Positions 12,168 to 24,579 of a stretch of 64,000 bases of DNA are shown in pieces. This stretch comes from Chiloscyllium plagiosum. Its lineage: Eukaryota. The notes under the pieces are model-generated. The model worked only from the letters and a program-made list of their open reading frames with translations, ran no database searches and had not been told where the DNA came from. The DNA lies in contig NC_057749.1 in the NCBI RefSeq assembly GCF_004010195.1, forward strand, positions 26,550,161 to 26,614,160, written 5' to 3'. The translations under genes and the position numbers were made by a program. How positions within the stretch are numbered: position 1 is the stretch's first letter; every line of letters starts with the position of its first letter.

Positions 12168-13140
12168 AAAACTGAAGTTGCTGGAGAAACTCAGCAGGTA
12201 TGACAACATCTGTGGAGAGAAAAAAAACCTTAACATTTTAAGTGCAGAGACCCTGCATCAGAATTAGTAGCTGCTAGGAAAAGGTGGTATATGCACCAGG
12301 TACAGAGGGTTCTGGTGGTGAGGGGATCACAGGGGAGAGTGTATAGGAGTGAGGCCCCAGCCACACCTTCCAGATGAAGCAGTAAAGCTATGTAGTCTAT
12401 TGCTTGCAAATGTGGTCTCCTCTATATTTGGAAAGTGAAACACAGCCTAGGCAACCATTTTGAGGAACACCTACTTCTGTACACAAAAATGATCCCTAGC
12501 TTCCAGTTCCCTCGCCAACGTGTGCGCTTCAGGCTTCTTGCAATTAGATTAGATTAGATTACTTACAGTGTGGAAACAGGCCCTTCAGCCCAACAAGTCC
12601 ACACCGACCCGCCAAAGCGCAACCCACCCATATCCCTACATTTACCCCTTACCTAACACTACGGGCAATTTAGCATGGCCAATTCACCTGACCTGCACAT
12701 CTTTGGACTGTGGGAGGAAACCGGAGCACCCGGGGGAAACCCACGCAGACACGGGGAGAACGTGCAAACTCCACACAGTCAGTCGCCTGAGGCGGGAATT
12801 GAACCCGGGTCTCTGGCGCTGTGAGGCAGCAGTGCTAACCACTGTGCCACCGTGCCGCAATGTTCCAATGAAGTTCAGTGCAAGTTGGAAGAACAGCATC
12901 CCATTTTCCATTTTGGGATCCTGCAATCTTCAGGACAAAACATCGAGTTCAATAATATTAGGGTCTGAGCACCTTCTCCCGTGTCCCTTATCCACCCAAT
13001 ACCTCAGGCCTTGTCATCACAGCCAACCCACTCTTACCTACTTACGGTCCCTATTATCAGCTTTTCTTCTTCCCTGGCATATCATAATTCATCACTTCTG
13101 TTGCCTAACATCTCTCTCTCTCTCTCTGTCTGCACTCTGC
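12168..13140 (+). mobile_element. Penelope-like element remnant (GIY-YIG endonuclease region) split by a SINE
   Basis: Decayed YVVY..C..CGLLYI...LG..F.EHL at about 12390-12475, then QCSNEVQCKLEEQHPIFHFGILQSSGQNIEFNN at 12858-12956. An inverted terminal piece lies at about 12168-12355. Confidence 0.7.
12546..12858 (-). mobile_element. HE1-like V-SINE, full length, young
   Basis: Complete head, V-domain and (AGATT)n tail; short CAAT duplication at the ends. Confidence 0.92.
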
Positions 13141-13145
13141 CTTCA

Positions 13146-13439
13146 TAGAATCAGAATTCCTACAATGTGAAAACGGGCCCTTCAGCCCAACAAGTCCACA
13201 TTGACCCTCCAAAGAATAACCCACCCAGACCCATTCCCCTACCCTATTATTCTAGATTTACCACTGACTAATGCACCTAACCCACACATCCCTGAACACT
13301 ATGGGCAATTTAGCACGGCAATGCACCTAACCTGCACACCTTTGGATTGTGGGAGGAAGCTGGAGCACCCGGAGGAAACCCATGCAGACTGTCACCTGAG
13401 GCTGGAAGGCAGCAGTGCCAACCACTGAGCCACTGCACC
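13146..13439 (-). mobile_element. HE1-like V-SINE, older and internally deleted
   Basis: Diverged match to 12546-12858. Confidence 0.8.
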
Positions 13440-14006
13440 TTCATCGGTCCTATCACTCCTTTACGCAAGACCAAACCACCACCATTCCCCAACTTTGGCT
13501 TTAATGCATATCCCACCTCTTCCCAGCTACTACTAATAAAGTTGATGATCTTACTGAAAAGCAGAGCAGACTCGATTGGCTGAATGGTCTGCCTCTGCTC
13601 TCAAGCCTTACGTTTTTTTTCATCATAACCCCGGTATTGTAATTGGTATCATATCACTTGTTTAAGGTACAAGCATCTGCATCAAATCAGTACAAGCATC
13701 TGCATCAAGTCCTGCAAGGACTATCCAACACATATTCCACGACTGGCAAAAGAACAAACACAGACAGGAGGAAGAACTTTATCTTTAAACAGCAAGTGGA
13801 GACGATGTGAAATACACAGATTGTGGAGGTAGAATCAATTGCGTGTTTGAAAGGAATTGGATAAGCATCTGAAGGGATGAAGGATTCTCTAGGTTTTGGG
13901 AAAAGACAGGGACTGCAACTAATTGGCACATACTGGCATGCCTCCTTCTATACTGTAACCATTGTATCATTTTAACCATCAAATAATAGACATGGATTTC
14001 ACTGAC

Positions 14007-14198
14007 CTCTCCCAGGAACCAAGTGATCAGAAAACCAAAGAGAACAGCATCATTTGCTTCTCGATCATACCAGGGAATCCCAATAGAGCAACAATCCCAC
14101 AATTCAGCTTTCCAACGGTCCAAGCTCCAAGCTGTAGCTCCAACATCAAACAGAATAACACAAGGATTCCCTTCAATCAACCATCGCCCAAAGTACAC
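14007..14198 (-). CDS. GYS1: Glycogen synthase exon 3 (192 nt)
   Basis: Acceptor TTTGTACAG|. Translates [64 protein letters not shown]. Donor |[21 protein letters not shown] is GYS1-type. Confidence 0.96.
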
Positions 14199-14279
14199 CT
14201 GTACAAACAGAGGTGAATAGAACAGATCGTTTAAATATTGCATTGTTGCCTGAAGATTCTATACTTTTTTTTTTATAGA

Positions 14280-14545
14280 AAGTCCACACCGACCCGCTGA
14301 AGCGCAACCCACCCAGACCCATTCCCTTACATTTACCCCTTCACCCAACACTACGGGCAATTTAACATGGCCAATTCACCTGACCTGCACATCTTTGGAC
14401 TGTGGGAGGAAACCGGAGCACCCGGAGGAAACCCACACAGACACGGGGAGAATGTGCAAACTCCACACAGTCAGTCGCCTGAGGCGAGAATTGAACCCGG
14501 GTCTCTGACGCTGTGAGGCAGCAGTGCTAACCACTGTGCCGCCCA
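14280..14545 (-). mobile_element. HE1-like V-SINE, about 80 nt upstream of the GYS exon 3 acceptor
   Basis: Near-identical to 12596-12850. Confidence 0.9.
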
Positions 14546-15091
14546 CATGATCTTGTATCCTCCTTAAGGGAGATAAGTTTTAATGATTGAGCACACGAGC
14601 ATTGTCCAAGCGTAAATGCTGTAAATTTAATTTCAGGATTTAAACCTACAAATCAGTCTGACATTACTGTACAGTATTTGGAGATAATGCTGCCCTATCA
14701 AAGATGCGAAGATAAATGGAGGTCCTATTTGCTCTCAGGTGGTGGGTAAAGATCCAATAGGACCTTTTCCAAATAACTGTTCTCCAAATGGCCAGGTCAC
14801 TATTTATTCTTCAATCAGTAAAACAGAGTACCTGATCATTTAGCTCTCAATGGTTTGTTAGACTTGCCGAATGAAAAGTAGCAACTCTTCAAAACTAATT
14901 GTTGCCTGCACAGCACTTTGGGACATTGAAAGGATGTAAACTCTCCTAAACCATAACTTTCAAATTTATTTAATGGTAAGTGCAAGGTGCTATGTGCCAG
15001 ATTAATTTGTTTGGTCCATCATTCTTCTGTAAGAAATACACACTGCCTGGAGCAGATACCTTGGCACCAAGGTGACAATATCCATCTACAA

Positions 15092-15810
15092 GAACATAGA
15101 ACATTACAGCACAGTACAGGCCCTTCGGCTCTCGATGTTGTGCCGACCTGTCATACCAATCTGAAGCCCATCTAACCTACACTATTCCATGTATGTCCAT
15201 ATGCTTGTCCAATGACTACTTAAATGTACTTAAAGTTGGCAAATCTACTACCGTTGCAGGCAAAGCATTCCCTCCATACCAGGCAACATCCTAGTAAATC
15301 TCCTCTGCACCCTTTCCAAAGCTTCCACATCTTTTTTATAATGCGGTGACCAGAACTGTACACAATACTCCAAGTGCAGCCTCACCAGAGTTTTGCACAG
15401 CTGTAGCATAAGGATCTGTGTACCTGGACACCGAGATCTCTCTGCTCATCTACACTACCAAGAGTCTTACCATTAGCCCAGTACTTTGCATTCCAGTTAC
15501 TCCGACCAAAGTGAATCACTTCACACTTGTCCACATTAAACTCCATTTGCCACCTCTCAGCCCAGTTCTGCAGCTTATCTCTGTCTCTCTGTAACCTACA
15601 TCCTTCGTCACTATCCACGACTCCATCGACCTTAGTGTCACCCGCAAATTTACTAACCCACCCTTCTACGCCCTCATCCAGGTCGTCTATAAAAATGACG
15701 AACAGCAGTGAACCCAACACCGACCCTTGTGGTACACCACTAGTAACTGAACTCCAGGATGAACATTTCCCATCAACCACCACCCTCTGCCTTCTTTCAG
15801 CCAGCCAATA
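15092..15810 (-). mobile_element. CR1 LINE RT/3' fragment with internal deletions
   Basis: ORF 15382-15813 has [17 protein letters not shown] and FAGDTK. Same family as 3633-6870. Confidence 0.92.
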
Positions 15811-16879
15811 CACAAAACATAGACGATTACATTGATGGTAAAGGTAGCTAGGTCACTAATGTCATGGTATCTTTGCCACCTTTGGCAACTTCTTCAAATA
15901 AACTCTTCCTCACTTGGTTGCAGAGCCTGATGGTTTTAAACTAATGTAACTGGCCTGAATTTCATGACAACACTATGGTTTCAGTTATGTTTCCACTAGT
16001 ATGAAAGACCAGAACCCAAGGACACAACCTCATAGTGAAGACATGATCTTTTAGAACTGAGGAATTTCTTCAGCCAGAGACTGGTGAATCTGTGGAGGCT
16101 AAGTCATTGAGTGTCTTTAAGACAGAGATAGAGAGGTTCTTGATTGGTAAGGGGATCTAGGGTTACAGGGATTGAGAAACATATTAGCCATGATCGAATG
16201 GCAGAGTAGACTCGATGGACTGAATGGTCTAATTCTGCTCCTATCTCTAATGATCTATTACGTCTCCTATCAAAAGGATGAACAGAATAATCACCTACGT
16301 AACAGATTCAATGCTGTAGTATCTTGATTCCAACTCAATCGGCATCACGGACTACTCACAGGCTGAACAGCACAGAGTGAAATGTTGGGTACTATTCGAC
16401 TTCGGACTTAACTCTCACATTCTACCCACACCAGGACAGTCAGTCAATCTCCACCATATATCTTAACATTTCTGACTTCTACTCTAAACTTCAGCTGAAA
16501 TCCAGATCCATGTTCTAACTGCCATTGATCTTAGTGTACAAAACAGCCTCTGAAAATTTGACACCAGAATTTGAAACTGCCTCCCACATCGTATCTCCCT
16601 CACCGAACACCCTTCTTCTCAGTAATTTCCCCTGGCTCCCAACGCCCTGGATGTGAAAATCAAACCTTTCCTCCACCATCTACTATTCACCAGCTGTACA
16701 ATCCAACTCTGACCTAGTCCTGGGAATTCACGCCATACACCACATTTTTAAAATTACATTCTAATTAAGTCTAAGACTAAACATAGGACTTAAGTGTAGT
16801 ATAATCAATGCTTGTAAAAACTATTTAGCATAATTACAAGACTTTTTAACCCTATATTCCAATTTACAAAGTGCCTCCT

Positions 16880-18125
16880 CCAGAGGTTCCAGGCATCACA
16901 GATGCCAGTCTTCAGCCATTTAATTCACTCCATGTGATACCATAAAACAGCTGAAGGATTTGGTACCTGCAAAGGCTATGGGTCCTGACAACATTCTTGC
17001 AACAGCGCTGAAGACATGTACTCCAGAACTTGCTGTACCCCTAGCCAAATAGCTCGAGTACAGTGACAACACAGGCACCTACCTGACCATGTGGAAAACT
17101 GCCTAGGTCAGCCTTGCCCACAAAAAGCAGGATAAATCCAATCCAATCAACTACCATTCCATCTCTCTACATTCGCTCAATCATCAGGAAAATGATGAAA
17201 GGTGTCATCAACAGTGCTAAGATGGAACACTTGTAAAGGAAAATCCTGCTCACTGTTGCTCAGCTTGGGGGTCTGCCATGATCGCTCAGCTCCTGACCTG
17301 ATCATACCCTCAATTAAAACATGGAAAAAAGAGCTGAACTCCAAAAGTGAGGTGAGAATGATAGCCCTAAACATCAAGGCTGCATTTGACCAAGTGAGGA
17401 TGTTCACTGATAATTGCACAGGATTCGGCATCATTCACAATTCCTCAGATACTGAAGCCAACCACAGCCATACACAACCAGACCCTGGCAGGATTCAGAC
17501 TTGAGCTAATAATTCACAAGTAACCTTCATGCCACAGTTGTGCCAAACAATTATCACCTCCAATGAAAGATTCTAACCACTGCCCTTGATATTCAATGGC
17601 ATCACCATCACTGAATCACCCATTATCAAATCCTAGGTAGGCTAGGAATGCTGCAGCAAGTAACTTACCTCCCAACTCTCCATAGCTTGCCCACTATTTA
17701 CAAGGCACAAGAGTATGGTGAAATTCTCACTTGCCTGGATGGGTGCAGCTCCAACAACTTTTAAAAATGGACAACCCATTGACACAGCAGCGGCAGTGTG
17801 TACCATCTACAGAACCGCAGAAATTCACCAAGACTCCTTAGATAGCACCTCCCAAACCCATGACTACTTCCATCTAGAAGGACAGGAGTTGCAGAGACAG
17901 GAGAACACTGTCACCTGCAAGTTGCCCTGCATGACATCCACCATCCTGACTTGGAAATACATCACCATTCCTTGAGTGTCACTGGAACCTTCTTCATAAT
18001 AGGTCTTCCTACTCCAAATGGACTGCAGCAGTTCAAGAAAGCAGCTCTACACCACCTTCTCAAGGGGCAATTAGGGATGGAAAATAAATGCTGGCCCAAA
18101 GCAATACCCAAACCCCATGAACAAA
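16880..18125 (+). mobile_element. Second non-LTR family (CR1/L2 group), RT to 3' end, decayed
   Basis: KAMGPDNI and SAPDLI...VRMIALNIKAAFDQV RT motifs; related to 49430-52050. Confidence 0.8.
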
Positions 18126-19318
18126 TAAAAAAAGTGTGGATAATTGAATATTTTTACGTACTGGAACACAGAGTCATAGAGTCAGAAAAATATATTTTAA
18201 AAAGCACGAAAGGATAAAATATAAAAATAAAGCATTCAGTGTAAAAGTTGAACAGAGTCAGACAATACAGCTTGATGGTCTTATAAATTCCAACTAGGAT
18301 CAGTAGTTAGAGGAAGGGTGAAGTATAATTTTACAGAAAACATCATAGTTTTTGTCAGCAAATACAATTGTCAGGAACAATTACGTGACATCGCCAAACA
18401 GACAAGGCGACAAAACTACACCACGTACATGCACGCCAAGAACAAAAAACTGGAGAAGCTTGGCAATCACCTGATGAAGTGTGCTTCCAATTAAACCTGT
18501 TGGACTATAACCTGGTGTTGTGTAATTTTTAACTATTGTCAGGAAAGTTACAACCAGTGCTGTATGTCTGAGTAATGGGGACAATAGAGGAGGCTCTATG
18601 AAAATGTGAAGACACTGCCCATAATCTGACTAAAAATCCTTGGAACTTCCAAGGACCAGTACCACTTCCCTGGAGAATTAATGATGACCCACTCTGTTCA
18701 ATAAGGGCGGTAGTCAGCAGACCAAAAGAGATTATGATACAGTTCGTGTAAACTATCACGAGATTTACAAGTTCAGATCTCCTGCAGATCATTGCGATTT
18801 ATCTTGATGTGGATTTCTTAAAAAAAAATTCTTGTGAAGCACCACAGAAATGTTGCACACATTGAAGGCGCTCTATAAAAGCTGTAAAAATCAAAAGAAC
18901 TGCGGATGCTGTAAATCAGAAACAAAAACTGAAATTGCTGGAAAAGCTCAGCAAGTCTGGCAGCATCTGTGGAGAGAAATCAGAATTAATGTTTCAGGTT
19001 GAATGACCCTTAGAACATTACAGCACAGCACAGGCCCTTGATGTCACGCTGACCTGTGAAACCAAACTTAAGCTCATCCAACCCACACTATTCCATTATC
19101 AGAACCTTCTCTGCACAGATGCTGCTAAGCCTGCTGAGCTTTTCCAGGAATTTTTTTTGTTTCAATAAAAGTTGTATTTGTAATAATAACGTGTTTCGTT
19201 TTAGCTCCTTTACAAAAAGACGGAATGAGCTAAGAGAGGCGAGCATGTGTCCACAGGTTTTAGTTGAATTGGAGAAACTGGACCCACTTTCCTGGGTGTG
19301 ACCTCTCCCCATTGGTAC

Positions 19319-19500
19319 CTTACAGCCTTTGGAGTTCATGGAGTCAATGGTCCGTTTGATGGCAGGATTCTGCGGTTCAACCAGCTCCACCTGGGTCCTC
19401 ACGTTATGCTCAAAATATGGTCCCATCATCACGTAATTCTCGCCCCACTCGTCAATGGTGACCTTTGCCTTGGTTTGAATCACCGTGTAGATGCCTCCAA
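19319..19500 (-). CDS. GYS1: Glycogen synthase exon 2 (182 nt)
   Basis: Acceptor TCTCTCTAG|. Translates (V)[60 protein letters not shown]. Donor AAG|GTACCA. Confidence 0.95.
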
Positions 19501-19589
19501 CTAGAGAGACAGATAGAGCTGGCAACAGTTAGACTGACCCCAGCACACAGCTCCCTGGCAGAGGACACTCGGCCCACGTTCCTCCTTAC

Positions 19590-19701
19590 CTTTGTTGGTT
19601 ACTTCCCAGGCCACCTCGACCAGAATCACATCGTCCCGGAGCGGGGGCCCGGAGCTCTCCGGCCGCCGGAGAGAGTCGGAGACGTTGCCAAACACGGACA
19701 T
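19590..19701 (-). CDS. GYS1: Glycogen synthase (GYS1-like), coding exon 1
   Basis: ATG at 19701 in an AGC-ATG context. Translates MSVFGNVSDSLRRPESSGPPLRDDVILVEVAWEVTNK+G, with the EVAWEV.NK hallmark. Donor G|GTAAGG, phase 1. The start codon and GYS1-versus-paralog identity are less certain than the family call. Confidence 0.8.
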
Positions 19702-19949
19702 GCTCGACCCGCTGAGAGCAGTAATCAAAATGCATCAGAACAGCAAAGGGATGGGAGTGGACGCGGACGGCGCTAAGCAATGGCAGCACCAAGGGTTGCC
19801 CCCTTCACAGGGCGATACTAAGTCGCGGGCAAATGTTATACTGGAGCCCTGGCTGGTGGGGGTGGGGGGAATGGGGATGGGGTCGGGCTCAGGGGGTGCT
19901 TTGGCCCGGAGACCCCCCCTCCCCCTGACAATGAGGGGCTGCTCATCAC

Positions 19950-20040
19950 TGTGACTGACAGCGGTGAGCACCAATCACAAACTATGGGGCGGGGCTCACT
20001 GCTACAGGCCCCGCCCCACAGGTGACTGTCACGTCAACCT
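19950..20040 (-). promoter_or_regulatory. GC-rich promoter of the glycogen synthase gene
   Basis: CCAAT at 19971-19975, two opposed GC boxes (GGGGCGGGGC near 19986; GGCCCCGCCCC near 20007) and a CRE-like GTCACGTCA near 20028. These adjoin the only CpG-rich island in the window (about 19560-20040), upstream of exon 1. Confidence 0.65.
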
Positions 20041-20684
20041 TTTGCCCTCATAATATCTATCACCCCCATCATATCATACCCTCCTCAATCCCCTCAGAAT
20101 ATCCCCCCGAGAGTCCCTAAACCCTCCCTCAATCCAACTATATTCCCTCCCTCCCTTTATCCCAAACCCCCTCAAAATTACTCGAAATGGGGAAAGGGGA
20201 AATGAGACCAGTGTGTCCTCATGCATCATGATGTCGCGGAGCCTGTGTTAGACTGGGGTGGTCAAAATCAGAAACCACACGACAGCAGGTTATAGTCCAA
20301 CAGTGTCATTTGACATCACAAGCTTTTGAAGCGCTGCTCTTTCCTCAAGTGAAGTGAAACAGAAGCAACAGAGCACGGGATTTATGGGCAGGGAGACCAA
20401 AAGATCATACGAATGATGCGAGTGGAATGTTGCACAATAAGCCTCTGCAGGAGACCAAGCGTGTTAGCAGATCCGAGTAAAGTGTCAACAGCTGAACAAC
20501 AAGCAAAAGGATGATCTATAATCCGGTTAAACGGGGCATCGAGATAATTAGAAAAAAAAAGGTGGTGGTGGAGGCAAACCAAATGACTGGAACGAAAACA
20601 GAAGCCACTGGAAAAGCTCAGCAGGTCCAGCAGCATCTAAGGAAACAAACCAGGGGTACAGTCACTAGATCCGAAAGGTTAAAA

Positions 20685-23600
20685 ACATAGAACAGTACAG
20701 CACAGTACAGGCCCTTCAGCCCTCAATGTTGTGACAACCTTTTATCCTTCTCTAAGATCAAACTAACCTACATGCCCTTCCTTTTACTATCATCCAAGTA
20801 CATATTCAAGAGTCACAAATGTCCCTAATGTATCTGACTACCACCACCACTAGCAGTGCATTCCACACATTCACCACACTCTAAGAACCTACCTCTGACA
20901 TAACTCTATTAGATTTAAAATAATGATAGAAAAGGATAGACCAGATCTAAAAAGGTGAAGTTCTAAACTGGAGAAAGGACAATTTTGATGGTATTAGGCA
21001 AGAACTTTCAAAAGCTGATTGGGGTCAGATGTTTGCAGGTAAAGGGATGGCTGGAAAATAGGAAGCCTTCAGAAATGAGATAACGAGAATCCAGAGAAAG
21101 TGTATTCCTGTTAGGATAAAAGGAAAGGCTGGTAGGTATAGGGAATGCTGGATGACTAAAGAAATTGAGAGTTTGGTTATGAAAAAGAAGGAAGCATATG
21201 TAAGGTATAGACAGGATAGATCGAGTGAATCCTTAGAAGAGTATAAAGGCAGTAGGTGTATACCCAAGAGGGAAATCAGGAGGGCAAAAAGGGGACATGA
21301 GATAGCTTTGGCAATTAGAATTAAGGAGAATCCAAAGGGTTTTTACAAATACATTAAGGACAAAAAGGGTAAGTAGACAGAGTAGGGCCCCTCAAAGATC
21401 AGCATGGCGGCCTTTGTATGGAGCCACAGAAAATGGGGGAAGAAGACACTAAACGAGTATTTTGCATCAGTATTGACTGTGGAAAAGGATATGGAAGATA
21501 TAGAATATAGGGAAATAGATGATGACACCTTGCAAAACGTCCATATTACAGAGTGCTGGATTGCTTGAAATGCATAAGAGTGGATAAATCCCCAGGACCT
21601 GATCAGGTGTACCCTAGAACTCTGTGGGAAGCGATTATTGGGCCTATTGCTGAGATATTTGTATCATCGATAGTCATAGGTGAGGTGCCAGAAGACTGGA
21701 GGTTGGCAAACATGGTGCCACTGTTTAAGAAGGGTAGTAAGGACAAGCCAGGGAACTATAGACCAGTGAGCCTGATGTCAGTGGTGGGCAAGTTGTTGGA
21801 GGGAGTCCTGAGGGACAGGATGTACATGTATTTGGAAAGGCAAGGACTGATTCAGGATAGTTAACATGGTTTTGTGCGTGGGAAATCATGTCTCAAAAAC
21901 TTGATTGAGTTTTTTTTGAAGTAACAAAGAAGATTGATGAGGGCAGAGCAGTAGATGTGATCTATATGGACTTCAATAAGGCATTCGACAAGGTTCCCCA
22001 TGGGAGACAGGTTAGCAAGGTTAGATCTCAGAATACAGGGAGAACTAGCCATTTGGATACAGAACTGGCTGAAAGGGAGAAGACAGAGGGTGGTGGTGGA
22101 GGGTTGTTTTTCAGACTGGAGGCCTGTGACCAGTGGAGTGCCACAAGGATCGGTGCTAGTCCGCTACTTTTTGTCATCTACATAAATAATTTGGATGCGA
22201 GCATAAGAGGTATAGTGGACAGCGAAGAATGTTCCCTCAGATTACAACAGGATCTGGACCAGATGGGCCAATTGGGGGCTGACAAGTGGCAGATGGAGTT
22301 TAATTCAGATAAATGGGAGGTGCTGCATTTTGGCAAAGCAAATCTTAGCAGGACTTATACACTTAATGGTAAGGTCCTAGAATATGTTGATTAACAAAGA
22401 GACCTTGGAGTGCAGGTTCATAGCTCCCTGAAAGTGGAGTCGCAAGTAGATAGGATAGTGAAGGCGGCATTTGGTATGCTTTCCTTTATTGGTCAGAGTA
22501 TTGAGTACAAGAGTTGAGAGGTCATGTTGCGGCTGTACAGGACATTAGTTAGGCCACTGTTGGAATATTGCGTGCAATATCAGAAAGATGTTGTGAAACT
22601 TGAAAGGGTTCAGAAAAGATTTACAAGGATATTGCCAGGGTTGGAGAATTTGAGCTATAGGGAGAGGCTGAACAGGCTGAGGATGTTTTCCCTGGAGCTT
22701 GGAGATTGAGGGGTGACCTTATAGAGGTTTACAAAATTATGAGGGGCATGGATAGGATAAATAGACAAAATAGTTTCCCTGTGTTGGGGGAGTCCAGAAC
22801 TAGAGGGCATAGGTTTAGGGTGAGAGGGGAAAGATATAAAAGAGACCTAAGGGGCAACTTTTTCCACAGAGCGTGGTACATGTATGGAATGAGTTGCCAG
22901 AGGCAATGGTGGAGGCTGGTACAATTACAACATTTAAAAGGCATTTGGATGGGTATATGAATGGGGAAGGGTTTGGAGGGATATAGGCCTGGTGCTGGCA
23001 GGTGGGACTAGATTGGGATATCTGGTTGGCATGGATGAGTTGGACCAAAGGGTCTGTTTTCATGCTGTACATCTCTATGACTCTCCCCTAAATCTTCCTC
23101 CAATCACCTTAAAATTATACCCTCTTATGAAACCCATTGCCGTCATGTGGAAAAGTCTGACTATCCACTATCTATGGCTCTTATCATCTTGCACACCTCC
23201 ATCAAGTCACCTCTCATCCTTCTTCACGCCAATATGAAAAGCCCTAACTTCCTCAACCTTTCTTCATAAGACATGCCCTCCAGTTCAGGCAGCATCCTAG
23301 TAAATCTCCTCCACACCCTCTCTAAAGCTTCCACATCCTATCTATAATGAGGCAACCAGAACTACACACAATATTCCAAGTGTGGTCTAATCAGGGCTCT
23401 GTAGAGTTGCAGCATAACTTCACAGTTCTTAAACTCAATCCCCTTGCTAACGAAAGCCAACACACACATGCCTTCTTAACAAACCTATCAACTTGGGTGG
23501 CAACTTTGAGGGATCTATGGACCCCAACATCCCTCTGTTCCTTCACACTACCATGAATCCTGCCTTTAACCCTATATTCTGCATTCAAATTTAATCTTCT

Positions 23601-23990
23601 AAAGTTAATCACTTCGCACTTTTCCAGGTTGAACATCATCTACCACTTATCAGCCCTGTTCTGCACCTTGTCAATATCTCGTTGCAACCTACAACAACCT
23701 TCTACACTATCCACAACTCCATCAACCTTCAGGTCATTGGCAAATTTACTAATCCACCTTTCCACCTCCTCATCCAAGACATTTATAAAAATCACAAAGA
23801 GCAGAGGTCCCAGAAGCGATCCCTGCGGAACAGCACCGGTCAGGCTCCAGGCTGAATATTTTCCATCTACTACCACCATCTGTCTTTTATGGCCCAACCA
23901 GTTCTGTATCCAGACAGCCAAATTTCCCTGCATCCCATGCTTCTTTACTTTCTGAACAATCTAATATGGGGAACCTTATCGGACACCTGA
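20685..23990 (-). mobile_element. CR1 LINE (minus) interrupted by a plus-strand CR1
   Basis: The 3' end at 20685-20900 resumes at 23084. RT ORFs at 23391-23933 (VPQGSLLGPLLF, FANDLK). Confidence 0.85.
20903..23083 (+). mobile_element. CR1 LINE, 5'-truncated ORF2 with 3' end
   Basis: [28 protein letters not shown] and SGVPQGSVL motifs across frameshifted ORFs. Confidence 0.95.
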
Positions 23991-24579
23991 TTTTTCTTCA
24001 CAAATGCCACCAGGTCCAGAGTTCCCGAGCAACCTCTGCCCCTGATTTACAGCATCTGCTGTTCTTTTGGTTATTATTTAACTGGAATAATATGATAGAT
24101 ACAAGAGTTGCATGTCGAGGGTTTAACCGAAGTAATGAGTAATCCAGAACTGTATAAATTAATTAAGATGTTTCCTTTAAAAAAAAATCTTTCTATATTC
24201 ACTCATAGGACATGGTGTTACTGGTTCAGCCAGTATTTAAACCTGTCCCTAGTTTTCCTTGAAAAGTTGGTGGAGAGATGCTTTCTTGAACCACTGATGT
24301 CCGTATGACAATAGGGATGCTCACAATGCTGTTAGGGAAGGAGTGCTAGCATTATGAGCCAGCAACAGTGCTGAATTTGCAAATCAATATGGGGAGTGGC
24401 TTGAGGGAAACCTGCAGGTGGTGGTGTTCCCATGCGTCTGTGGCCCTTGTCCTTCTCAAAGAAGAAGTTGTAGGTTTGGAAGGTGTTGTACACCAAAGAT
24501 TGGTGTATTTCCACAGGGCATCATGCAGATTGATGCTTAATATTAGCAATGTGCACTGTGTTAGAGGAGTGGATTCTTG

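Noticed and set aside
12568..13170. 200-aa ORF
   Set aside because: Antisense read-through of a SINE plus an off-frame Penelope remnant.
19465..19954. Plus-strand ORFs over the CpG island as a head-to-head gene (e.g. RUVBL2)
   Set aside because: No recognisable homology. They are antisense to GYS exon 1 in GC-rich, stop-poor sequence.
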